Assembly: GCA_048941265.1 (NCBI GenBank)
Contig: JBHLNT010000127.1
Span: forward strand, 1-11,911
DNA: 11,911 bases
Origin: Promethearchaeota archaeon
Lineage (GTDB): Archaea; Asgardarchaeota; Lokiarchaeia; Sigyniarchaeales; SOKP01
Reading direction: 5' to 3'
Shown in pieces: positions 1 through 8,642 of this stretch. Positions within the stretch are counted from its first letter, which is position 1, and each line of letters starts with the position of its first letter. A model generated the notes under the pieces. The model was not told where the DNA came from and searched no databases. It saw nothing but the letters and a program-made list of their open reading frames with translations. Both the position numbers and the translations under genes were made by a program.

Positions 1-2
1 TC

Positions 3-173
3 TCTTTTATTAAATCTGATCCAGAACCCTCTCTGATTGAAGAACCCAATTATAAATATAATTTATCGATACTATCTGAAAAGAAATCAAGTGTTCTTTT
101 TGAACTACAAGCGAAAATAGTAACGAGAGTTACAAAAATTAGACCTGAATTCTTAAAACCGCCTAAAACTTAA
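3..173 (+). CDS. 3' end of a hypothetical protein (partial, runs off the window's left edge)
   Basis: Frame 3 is open from the window edge: SFIKSDPEPSLIEEPNYKYNLSILSEKKSSVLFELQAKIVTRVTKIRPEFLKPPKT*, TAA at 171-173, followed by T-rich tract. No family recognised. Confidence 0.6.
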   Translation, partial: SFIKSDPEPSLIEEPNYKYNLSILSEKKSSVLFELQAKIVTRVTKIRPEFLKPPKT

Positions 174-200
174 GATAAAATTTTATTAATCTATATTAAA

Positions 201-250
201 GTTTTTTTATTTTCTGTTTTTAATGTGAAATGCTTTTTATTGTTTTTCCC
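201..250 (+). terminator. Candidate archaeal oligo-T terminator
   Basis: Successive T runs (gtttttttattttctgttttt ... gcttttttattgtttttccc) just after the stop at 173. Confidence 0.35.
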
Positions 251-373
251 TATTAACATAATTCTATAAAGTAAGATAAACAATCATGTAAAATAAAAAA
301 GGATATGAATTAAGATATATTTTCTAAATTACTAAAAATTTTTATCCCATTAAAATTTGAAAGTGTCTTTAGA

Positions 374-1855
374 TTGTCGAGTAATAATATTATTGATTTA
401 TTTCTTAATCCTAAATCTGTTGCTGTTATTGGCGCCTCAACAAATCCAATGAAAGGAGGTAATTGGATTTTAAATAATCTCACAATGAATAATTTCAAAG
501 GTAAGATCTACCCGATCAATCCAAACGCAGAGGGTAAAGTGGTATATAACTTAGAAATTAAAAAGTCTGTATTGGATGTCGACGATGAGATAGATCTCGC
601 AATATTTTATGTACCAAATCGGTTAATACCTGGATTATTAGCGGAGTGCGTTCAGAAAGGGATTAAAGGAGCAATTATTGAAGCTTCTGGGTTTGAGGAG
701 GTTGGAGAACCTGGTCTCAAATTAAGAGATCAAATACTAAAAATTACGGATAATTTCTCAAAAATTAGGCTGGTTGGACCAAATTGTATGGGAGTCACAA
801 GAATTGATGGAGATAGCAACAGCGATGAGAAGGGCGGTTTTTTCGCTTCGTTTGGAATATTAGCTAACTATAGGAGAGGAAATTTAGCCATTATTAGCCA
901 GTCTGGGATGTTAAATGGGGGCTATTTAATGCATTTGATGACAATGTATCCCGATCTTGGGATAAGATATTCTTGTTCTATAGGGAATAAGATGGATATA
1001 GGTGAAATTGAATTTTTAGATTACCTATTAAAAGACTCTACGGTAAATGTTATAGCCATCTACCTTGAATCTTTTAATGATCCAAGAAGATTCATTGAAC
1101 TCTGCAGAGAAGCTAAAAGAATCCCAAATAAAACAATTATTTTTATCAAAGGAGGGATCACTAAACAAGGACAAAAAGCTTCATTGAGCCACACGGGAGC
1201 AATTTCGGAAGATGGAAAATTAACAGAAGCCATTATTAGACAAGCTGGCGTGATTCGTGTAAATAGTTTTTATGAATTATTCCAAACCGCTAGAGTTTTT
1301 TCAATGATGTATAATGCTAATAAAGTATTACCCAAACACGGGAACGTGGCAATGATTGTTGGTTCTGGTGGTGCTGGTACAGTGAGTGCTGATCTAACTA
1401 TTAAATACGGATTAAATTTTCCAATTTTAGGGGATAAAGCTTATAAAACTCTTGTCGAAGTATTTCCAGAATGGATGCCTCCAAATAGGTTCGCACTCGT
1501 AGATATATGGCCTGCTATCGAAAAGGCTAAAGAAAAAGTTAATGAAATGATGAATCTTGTTTTAAAAACGATTTTGGATGAGCCCAAAATAGAAGGTCTT
1601 TTTAATATGGTATTTTGTGCCAAACGTTCAATGGATATGGACACTATCGACAGACGGATTGAAGTATCTAATAAATCTCCTAAACCTGTATTTTATTGGC
1701 TGATTGGCGAACATGAGGAAGTTATTCGAATTTCTGAGTTATTATCTCAATATCATATCCCAAGCTTTATTTCTTTAGAAGAAATGGTTAAAACTTTCAG
1801 TCTCTTGATTCAAGAAGCTCGTAGCAAAGAGAAGATATTGAATATTAAAAATTAA
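374..1855 (+). CDS. NDP-forming acetate/acyl-CoA ligase alpha-subunit-like protein (CoA-binding + ligase domains), paralog 1
   Basis: N-terminal FLNPKSVAVIGAS, YPINP, DLAIFYVP, ASGFEE, LVGPNCMG, IISQSG, SIGNKMD, IYLES, catalytic phospho-His motif SHTGA, GSGGAG. No ATP-grasp beta domain. TTG start. Confidence 0.9.
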   Translation: MSSNNIIDLFLNPKSVAVIGASTNPMKGGNWILNNLTMNNFKGKIYPINPNAEGKVVYNLEIKKSVLDVDDEIDLAIFYVPNRLIPGLLAECVQKGIKGAIIEASGFEEVGEPGLKLRDQILKITDNFSKIRLVGPNCMGVTRIDGDSNSDEKGGFFASFGILANYRRGNLAIISQSGMLNGGYLMHLMTMYPDLGIRYSCSIGNKMDIGEIEFLDYLLKDSTVNVIAIYLESFNDPRRFIELCREAKRIPNKTIIFIKGGITKQGQKASLSHTGAISEDGKLTEAIIRQAGVIRVNSFYELFQTARVFSMMYNANKVLPKHGNVAMIVGSGGAGTVSADLTIKYGLNFPILGDKAYKTLVEVFPEWMPPNRFALVDIWPAIEKAKEKVNEMMNLVLKTILDEPKIEGLFNMVFCAKRSMDMDTIDRRIEVSNKSPKPVFYWLIGEHEEVIRISELLSQYHIPSFISLEEMVKTFSLLIQEARSKEKILNIKN

Positions 1856-1993
1856 TCCCGATCATAGGATCCTCTTAAGTTTAATTGATATGTCATTAAA
1901 TTTTTGTTTTTATCTTAAAATAGTAAAAAATATGAATTAAAAAATATTTCTTAACCCACTTAATATTTACATGACATTATTGAGTGATACTAT

Positions 1994-3472
1994 TTGTTAA
2001 ATAATCATATCGTTGACTTGTTTCTTAATCCCAAATCTGTAGCGGTGATAGGCGCTTCGAAGAATCTAGTGAAAGGAGGCAACCGAATTGTTCATAACCT
2101 CACACTTAATAATTTTAAAGGAAAAATTTATCCTGTAAATCCTACTGCTAAAGGCGACATATACGGTTTAGAATTCAAGAAATCAGTTCTGGACATTGAA
2201 GAAGAAGTGGATCTTGCTATTTTTTACGTAGGCAATAGACTTATTCCGGGATTATTGGAAGAATGTATCAAAAAAGGAATTAAAGGGGCATTAATTGAAG
2301 CCTCGGGATTTGAAGAGGTAGGGAAAAAAGGTCTTGAACTTAGAGATAGGATTGTCGAAATCACAGACAATTTTTCAAAAATTAGAATTGTTGGACCAAA
2401 TTGCATGGGTCTCACGAAAATAGATGGAGACAGTAATAGTGAAGATAAGGGAGGATTTTTCTCTGGATTTGGGGTTTTTGAAAAATATAAAAGAGGGAAT
2501 ATCGCAATCGTCAGTCAATCAGGTATGCTGAACGGTGGATATCTTATGCATATAATGCAAAAATATCCCGAACTTGGTTTTAGATATTCATGTTCTATTG
2601 GAAACAAAATGGACTTAAGTGAAATAGAGTTTCTTGAATACTTTTTAGATGATCCAACCGTTAATGTTATAGCTGTATATTTGGAATCGTTCAGAGATCC
2701 GAGAAAGTTCATAGAATTAAGCAGAAAAGCAAAAAAAATTCCTAAAAAAACAATTATTTTAGTGAAAGGAGGTTTAACATCCCAAGGGCAAAAGGCAACA
2801 TTAAGCCATACTGGAGCTCTAGCAGAAAATTCACAACTACTCGAAGCTATAATCAAGCAATCGGGGGTAATACAAGCTAATAGCTTTGATGAACTATTTC
2901 AATTCGCTAGGACATTTTCAATGGTATACGAAACTGATAAAAAATTACCAAAAAAGGGTGGTGTCTCTACGATTGTAGGTTCGGGAGGGGCTGGTACGCT
3001 AATAGCAGATCTTACAATGAAATACGGATTACATCTTCCGATTTTAGGAGAAAAATCATATCAAGCGCTTGTAGAAGTCTTTCCTGAATGGATGCCTCCA
3101 AATAGATTTAGTCTCGTTGATATTTGGCCAGCTATGGAAAAAGCGATGATGGAGAGAAAAGGTCGAGATGAAGTTATGAAAGCCGCTTATGAAGCAGTAT
3201 TGAGTGAACCAGAAGTAGAAGGGCTCTTCAATATGATGTTTTGTTCTAGACGCTTTAGAAGCATGTGGAATATCCCGAATCTGATAAAAAATACTAAAAA
3301 GATTTCAAAACCGATTTTTTTCTATCTTATAGGAGAAGCTAAGGAAGTTCGGTATCTTTCAGAATTACTCGGAAATAGTAATATCCCATGCTTTACTGAG
3401 TTGGAAGATATGATTAAGAATTTCTGGATATTGGTTCAAGAAGCTAAAAACGATATAGTTAACCTAACCTAA
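1994..3472 (+). CDS. NDP-forming acetate/acyl-CoA ligase alpha-subunit-like protein, paralog 2
   Basis: Same motifs (PKSVAVIGAS, GPNCMG, SQSG, SHTGA), collinear with 374..1855. TTG start with SD-like GAGTGA at 1982-1987. Confidence 0.9.
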   Translation: MLNNHIVDLFLNPKSVAVIGASKNLVKGGNRIVHNLTLNNFKGKIYPVNPTAKGDIYGLEFKKSVLDIEEEVDLAIFYVGNRLIPGLLEECIKKGIKGALIEASGFEEVGKKGLELRDRIVEITDNFSKIRIVGPNCMGLTKIDGDSNSEDKGGFFSGFGVFEKYKRGNIAIVSQSGMLNGGYLMHIMQKYPELGFRYSCSIGNKMDLSEIEFLEYFLDDPTVNVIAVYLESFRDPRKFIELSRKAKKIPKKTIILVKGGLTSQGQKATLSHTGALAENSQLLEAIIKQSGVIQANSFDELFQFARTFSMVYETDKKLPKKGGVSTIVGSGGAGTLIADLTMKYGLHLPILGEKSYQALVEVFPEWMPPNRFSLVDIWPAMEKAMMERKGRDEVMKAAYEAVLSEPEVEGLFNMMFCSRRFRSMWNIPNLIKNTKKISKPIFFYLIGEAKEVRYLSELLGNSNIPCFTELEDMIKNFWILVQEAKNDIVNLT

Positions 3473-3678
3473 ATTTTTTAATACAAATTTAATTACTTGA
3501 TTTTTTAATTTGAAAAATAATAAAAAGAAAATTTCATTAAAGGTTTAATTCCTGCTATTTTGCTGCTATTTAAGGATTCTTTTTTTGCGACAATTTAATC
3601 TATACTTAAATAAATTAAAATGAAATTATTATTTTTATAACTCAGAAAATTGTTTGTAATAAATAATAAGTGATAATA

Positions 3679-4719
3679 ATGGGAAAACAACATGAAATAA
3701 CGGAATCATCGAATTTATTTAAAGAAGATGGTTCACTTGTTCAGCGAGGTTGGGCAAAAAAACCGCTAATAAGATATAACAAGGAAAATATTGGAAAAGG
3801 TTGGACTCGGATTAAAGAATGGGATCATTATTCAATATTAAATAAAGAATTTGGATTACAACTTACAATTGGGGATATAGGCTATTTAACTCAAATGAGT
3901 TATGTTTGGATTGATTTTAAAGAAAAAGCTAAAAATGGAAAAAGTGAGTTTAAATTTTTCACAAAATCTAAGCTTCTTCCCTTAAGTTCATTAGAAGATA
4001 GCATTATTGAATTCCCCTCTAAAAAATTCAAAGCTACTATAGAAAAAAAAGGAAATAATCGAATTTTGTCTATTGAAGATCCCTCTTTTTTGGATAAAGG
4101 AATAAAAGGATCCCTCTCTCTCTATGATAATCCTAAGTGGGATAATACCGTTGTCGTTACGGGATATCAAGAAGATCCCCGACTATTTTATTACAACCAT
4201 AAAATAAACATGATGCCTGCTACTGGAGAAATTAAGGTTGGGGAAAAAAACTATTCCTTTAAGCCTGAGAAGTCCTTTGGATTAATGGACTGGGGACGCG
4301 GCATTTGGCCTTATAGAACACACTGGTTATGGGCTTCGGCATGCGGAATGCTCAATGATGTACCCGTTGCTTTTAATTTAGGATACGGATTTGGAGCTGT
4401 AGGAAGTGAAGAAGGTGCAACTCATACGGAAAATATTGTGTTTTACGACGGAAAAGCTCATAAGATTGATGAGGTCACTTTCCATCATGAAAATCGTGAT
4501 CCCGAAAAACCCTGGAAGTTTACTAGCAACGACAATAGATTAAATTTGGTGTTAGAACCTATAATCCCTCATAAGGAAAAACTAAATTTCGGTTTAATTA
4601 ATCTCAATAGTTCTTTATTGCACGGTTTATATTCTGGAGTCATTGTATTAGATAATGGTGAAAAAATACACATAGATGAAATGTTAGGTCATGCTGAAGA
4701 TATTTATTGGAAATGGTAA
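3679..4719 (+). CDS. DUF2804 family protein
   Basis: GWAKKPLIRYN...RIKEWDHY, FYYNHKIN, MDWGRGIWPY.T.W.WAS, FNLGYGFG, TENIVFYDGKAHK, PWKFTS match my recollection of DUF2804. ATG 3679 preferred over GTG 3670 because that GTG is part of SD-like AAGTGA (3668-3673). Confidence 0.8.
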   Translation: MGKQHEITESSNLFKEDGSLVQRGWAKKPLIRYNKENIGKGWTRIKEWDHYSILNKEFGLQLTIGDIGYLTQMSYVWIDFKEKAKNGKSEFKFFTKSKLLPLSSLEDSIIEFPSKKFKATIEKKGNNRILSIEDPSFLDKGIKGSLSLYDNPKWDNTVVVTGYQEDPRLFYYNHKINMMPATGEIKVGEKNYSFKPEKSFGLMDWGRGIWPYRTHWLWASACGMLNDVPVAFNLGYGFGAVGSEEGATHTENIVFYDGKAHKIDEVTFHHENRDPEKPWKFTSNDNRLNLVLEPIIPHKEKLNFGLINLNSSLLHGLYSGVIVLDNGEKIHIDEMLGHAEDIYWKW

Positions 4720-4983
4720 AAATATTTCATTTTAATTTTAAAGTGATTTTTTTTTAAATGACTTGATTATGGAAAAGATTGTTTAAATTGGAATCAAAAA
4801 ACTTGATTAAAATTAAATAAAACTCAACGCGAACATTTTAGGATGATTAAATACACGCTCGATATGGCAATTTATTCATCTCCATCTGTCATAAATATGT
4901 TGTTATAAGATTGATTTATTCTAGCATCAAATTGATAACAATTTAATGAAATCTTTTTCATAGCTAGAAAACAATAAAATTAA

Positions 4984-5029
4984 TATATAAGATCAAACTT
5001 ATTCATTAAATATAAGTTGAAACTTATTC
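4984..5029. promoter_or_regulatory. TATA-like box overlapped by two tandem palindromic operators ATAAG-N6-CTTAT
   Basis: TATATAA 4984-4990; ATAAG-atcaaa-CTTAT 4987-5002; ATAAG-ttgaaa-CTTAT 5012-5027; both copies share flanks (T...TC). Confidence 0.6.
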
Positions 5030-5048
5030 GTTTTAAAATTGATGAAAG

Positions 5049-5672
5049 ATGGAAACTAAAGCCAAATCAGAAGAAAATACATATCGGAGAAAAATAAAAA
5101 ATTTCAAGGGTTATAGTTATCCTCTTGATAGTTTAACAATCTCAATGATAGGGATTTTTGGTGCCCTAATATGTGTATTAACTATGCTCATTGCAGTTCC
5201 TATTCCTGCTACTCAGGGGTTCATTAATATTGGAGATGCTGGAGTCATGATTACGGGATTATTATTTGGTCCAATCATTGGAGGAATTGCAGGTGGAATC
5301 GGTTCAGCTTTGGCAGATATATTTTTAGGTTATACAATATATGCCCCTGCTACTTTAATAATTAAAGGTTTAGAGGGATTTATCGTCGGTTTAATTGCGA
5401 ATCCAAAAAAAAATTATAAAAAATTAACCTATAGAGACATTCTAGCTGTTGTTATTGGAGGAATGATCATGGTTTTTGGTTATTTAATCTATGAAACCCT
5501 AATCTTTGGCTTTCCTGTAGCCTTATATGAATTTATTTTGAATATTACTATACAATTTGGAGTAAGTGTCATAATTGCCATAATTTTTGCTAAGACTGTC
5601 CGAAGAAATATCATTGATAGCCTTCCTCAAGTATTCGATAAGATTTTTATAATAGAAATTAATGAAGATTAA
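5049..5672 (+). CDS. ECF transporter substrate-specific S component (COG4720-like; possibly PdxU/HmpT-type)
   Basis: Multi-TM protein with IPATQGFINIGDAG, LLFGP..GG.AGGIGSALADIFLGY.IYAP.TLIIKGLEG signature. Substrate uncertain. Confidence 0.85.
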   Translation: METKAKSEENTYRRKIKNFKGYSYPLDSLTISMIGIFGALICVLTMLIAVPIPATQGFINIGDAGVMITGLLFGPIIGGIAGGIGSALADIFLGYTIYAPATLIIKGLEGFIVGLIANPKKNYKKLTYRDILAVVIGGMIMVFGYLIYETLIFGFPVALYEFILNITIQFGVSVIIAIIFAKTVRRNIIDSLPQVFDKIFIIEINED

Positions 5673-5673
5673 T

Positions 5674-7110
5674 TCATAATAAAGTGATGAGAACGTCCAT
5701 AGCATCCAAAACTTTCTTCCCTTCTTCAGTTATAAAATATAAAACTTTTTTTCCCTCTTTTTTTCGATGTATCAATTTTTTTAATTCTAATTCTTTAAGA
5801 TGCTGATAAATGGCCGGTAAACTCACCGATCCTATTATTTCCTTAAGTTTAGTCCCATGAATTCCTTTTTTATTTGAAATAGAAATTTGAGATAATATTT
5901 TCAATTTGGTGCTGAGAATTCCACCCATTCCGGCAGTCTTTGCCTTGGAAGATAAGGCTTCTAACACATAGGGCGCTTTTAATCCACTTCCCGTAATTAA
6001 ACACACTACTTTATCATCAGGATTCATGTTATAATGTTGAATTAGGCTAGTTAGAGCTCCAATGGTTAAAGCTGACGCAGGTTCAGCAAAAATTCCCTCA
6101 TATCTTGCGAGGTCTCCTATAGAACTAAGCATTAAATTTTCAGGAATTGCTAATGCTGTTCCCTTACTCTCTTTTATTGCCTTTATAGCTGCTGCTTGAT
6201 ATAATGGATTTTTAACCATTATAGATCTTGCCTTAGATTGTAAAATATTTTTTTCCTCAATATTTCTGACCTCCTTATGAAGAAATTCATTTACAATTGG
6301 AGCACACACTTCCGATTGTACTCCAACTAGTTTTGGTATCTTTTCAATAAAACCTGATTCTTTGAGTTCTGAAAAACCTTTCCAAATACTAACAAGACAT
6401 CCACCATTCCCCATTGGAATTATAATCCAATCTGGAATGTTAATTTCCTTATAAATTTCAAAAGCTATCGTTTTTTGAGCTTCAATTGTAAGTGGATTGA
6501 ATTCGGGTGTGCATTGATAATAATCTTTATTATATTCAGGGGCTAATGCTGAATTTATAGCATCATCAATAGTATCACCCTCAATAATGATTTTAGAGTT
6601 ATAAGCAATAAGTTGAGCTTTTTTACCAATTTCAATTTCACTTGGAATAATATTTATACTTTCCATCCCTTCTAAAGAAGTATATGCTGCAATTGAAGCA
6701 CCTTGATTTCCATTTGAAGCACAGATTACTTTTTGAAAATCCCAGCTCCTAGCATGGGAAATTAAAAGAGCAGCTGCCCGATCTTTAAATGAATTAGTAG
6801 GATTATGCGTTTCATCTTTAAAAAATAGTTTATTTAACTCTAAGTTTTTGCCAATTCTATTTGATTCTCTACAAGGAGTTCCACCCTCTCCTAAAGTAAC
6901 AAAGAATTCTTTTTTTATTTGAGGCATTGTGAAATAAAAATCCCAAAATGAGTCATATTTTTTTATTGGAGAAAAATTTTCTTTTATTTTTGCTATATCG
7001 GTTTTAATCCAGAGTAAACCTCCACAATCTGAACATTTGTACTCAATTGAAGTGATTTCAAATTCTTTATTACAATTTATACATATGAATGTGAGTGAGG
7101 ATCGAATAAT
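5674..7110 (-). CDS. thrC: Zn-ribbon / threonine-synthase-like PLP enzyme (fold II) / C-terminal winged-HTH fusion; probable ATT start
   Basis: Core motifs TLGEGGTP, KDETHNPTNSFKDR (PLP Lys), PMGNGG, GVQS, EPASA, TGSGLK. Frame stays open upstream of ATG 6927 to TAA 7129-7131, encoding CINC...CSDCGG. C-terminus SLPAIYQHLKELELKKLI...VLYFITEEG is wHTH-like. Start position is inferred. Confidence 0.8.
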   Translation of the reverse strand: MIRSSLTFICINCNKEFEITSIEYKCSDCGGLLWIKTDIAKIKENFSPIKKYDSFWDFYFTMPQIKKEFFVTLGEGGTPCRESNRIGKNLELNKLFFKDETHNPTNSFKDRAAALLISHARSWDFQKVICASNGNQGASIAAYTSLEGMESINIIPSEIEIGKKAQLIAYNSKIIIEGDTIDDAINSALAPEYNKDYYQCTPEFNPLTIEAQKTIAFEIYKEINIPDWIIIPMGNGGCLVSIWKGFSELKESGFIEKIPKLVGVQSEVCAPIVNEFLHKEVRNIEEKNILQSKARSIMVKNPLYQAAAIKAIKESKGTALAIPENLMLSSIGDLARYEGIFAEPASALTIGALTSLIQHYNMNPDDKVVCLITGSGLKAPYVLEALSSKAKTAGMGGILSTKLKILSQISISNKKGIHGTKLKEIIGSVSLPAIYQHLKELELKKLIHRKKEGKKVLYFITEEGKKVLDAMDVLITLL

Positions 7111-7298
7111 TAAACTGCCTCTTAATTTTTATAAATCGAAAATGAAAAATAAAACATAATTTCTTTTCTTTATCAATTTTAAAAAAAACTTTTTTGACTT
7201 TTATATTTTTGACATTATAAAAATAAATACTGTATCTAAGTAAACTTCATAAAAAATATTTCATATATCTATTAAAAGAAAAGAACCATTGAAAAAAT

Positions 7299-7406
7299 AT
7301 GGAAAAATCAGATATATTATTATTAGCTTTTGGAATGATAGTTTTGACGATTTTTACAATTGTCATTATATTACTAATAATTAAAGCGGTAAGATTATTC
7401 CCCTAA
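7299..7406 (+). CDS. Small single-pass membrane protein, 35 aa (MEKSDILLLAFGMIVLTIFTIVIILLIIKAVRLFP)
   Basis: ATG..TAA ORF in the gap between thrC and ald; 23-residue uncharged hydrophobic stretch flanked by charged residues; followed by T-rich tract. Confidence 0.6.
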   Translation: MEKSDILLLAFGMIVLTIFTIVIILLIIKAVRLFP

Positions 7407-7420
7407 GATTCTTTTAAAGT

Positions 7421-7450
7421 CTATTTTTTTTCTCTTATTCCTTTTTCTTA
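7421..7450 (+). terminator. Candidate oligo-T/pyrimidine terminator after the small ORF
   Basis: ctatttttttttctcttattcctttttctt-like pyrimidine tract directly downstream of TAA 7406. Confidence 0.35.
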
Positions 7451-7526
7451 AATATAATTTATAGTTAAATTACTTTTATATTTATTAATAGCAAACTGGG
7501 TTTTATTCCTTTAATTGTATAGTTCT

Positions 7527-8642
7527 TTATACTAAATCTTCAATAGACTCATATGTTAGATTAAATTCGTCAGCAATAGTTTTCAGAGTAATTTTCCCCT
7601 TATATAAATTTATACTTTTTCTTAATGGCTCCTTCATTCTTAAAGCATAAGATATATCTCCTTCAGAAATTAAATCTATGAGGAATGGAAATAGATTTTC
7701 GGATAAAGCTTCTGTAGCAGTTCTGGGATAAGCTCCTGGCATATTTGTAACGCAATAATGAATAATGCTTTCTTCCATATAGATGGGGTCTTCATGAGTG
7801 GTTGCTCTGCTTGTTTCAATACATCCGCCCTGATCAATAGAAATATCTATAATCACTGAACCAGGTTTCATTGTCTTTACCATTTCTCTAGAAATTATTC
7901 TTGGCGCTTTAGCGTTTGGTATCAATATAGTTCCAATGAGCAAATCTGCCAGTTTAACACATTCTTCTCGACTTCTTCGATGGGAGGTTGTTATTGTTAT
8001 ACCCTTAGGTAATGTGTCATTTAGGTATCTGATCCTTGAAATATTCTTCTCTAAAATTATAACATGGGCGCCTATTCCATTTGCAGTAAGAGCTGCACTC
8101 CTTCCGGCAGAGCCTCCACCCAAAATAACTACATAACCATGATAAATTCCAGCAGAGCCTCCTAATAATAGACCAGATCCCTTATTTTTTATAGATAAAA
8201 GATTAGATCCAATAAGGACTGCCATTCTTCCAGCAATTTCAGACATGGGCGTAAGAATCGGCATTTGACCGTTCTCTAGTCTTACGGATTCAAATGCCAA
8301 TGCTGTTGATTTACCATTAATTAACGCTCTAGTAAGTTCTTGATTTGCCGCCAAATGTAAAAATGAAAATAGAATAGGACCTGGATTAAAGAATTTTAAT
8401 TCTTCATTAATGGGCTCTTTAACCTTAACAATGATTTCTGAATCTGAATATACTTTTTGTTTTGAATTTATTATTTTTGCCCCAGTATTAAGATAATCCT
8501 CATCAGAAAAACCTGAATTCTTACCTGCGTTATGTTCTATAATAATTTTATGTCCCATTTGAATGAGATCTTCAACATTATTCGGAGTTAAGCTTACTCT
8601 TCCTTCTCCAATTTTAATTTCTTTTGGAATTCCTATAATCAT
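7527..8642 (-). CDS. ald: Alanine dehydrogenase (bacterial Ald / AlaDH-PNT family)
   Basis: [35 protein letters not shown], Rossmann [39 protein letters not shown]. Confidence 0.95.
   Translation of the reverse strand: MIIGIPKEIKIGEGRVSLTPNNVEDLIQMGHKIIIEHNAGKNSGFSDEDYLNTGAKIINSKQKVYSDSEIIVKVKEPINEELKFFNPGPILFSFLHLAANQELTRALINGKSTALAFESVRLENGQMPILTPMSEIAGRMAVLIGSNLLSIKNKGSGLLLGGSAGIYHGYVVILGGGSAGRSAALTANGIGAHVIILEKNISRIRYLNDTLPKGITITTSHRRSREECVKLADLLIGTILIPNAKAPRIISREMVKTMKPGSVIIDISIDQGGCIETSRATTHEDPIYMEESIIHYCVTNMPGAYPRTATEALSENLFPFLIDLISEGDISYALRMKEPLRKSINLYKGKITLKTIADEFNLTYESIEDLV

Noticed and set aside
1855-1871. Short ATCC...GGAT hairpin after paralog 1
   Set aside because: 4-bp stem, expected by chance.
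310-2856. Minus-strand ORFs 310..498, 1441..1644, 2224..2415, 2515..2856
   Set aside because: Antisense shadows of the two acyl-CoA synthetase genes with no recognisable motifs.
4813-4878. Minus-strand peptide INCHIERVFNHPKMFALSFI, loosely like the transposase IERxFxxLK motif
   Set aside because: Only 20 codons between stops, with no terminal inverted repeats, target duplication or other DDE motifs visible; a tBLASTx search would be needed.
4905-5002. Possible riboswitch-like fold before the ECF S-component (TTCTAGC/GCTAGAA stem with small internal hairpins)
   Set aside because: Mostly AU pairs, no TPP/FMN/cobalamin consensus, and it lies largely upstream of the likely TATA box; the DNA operator reading fits better.
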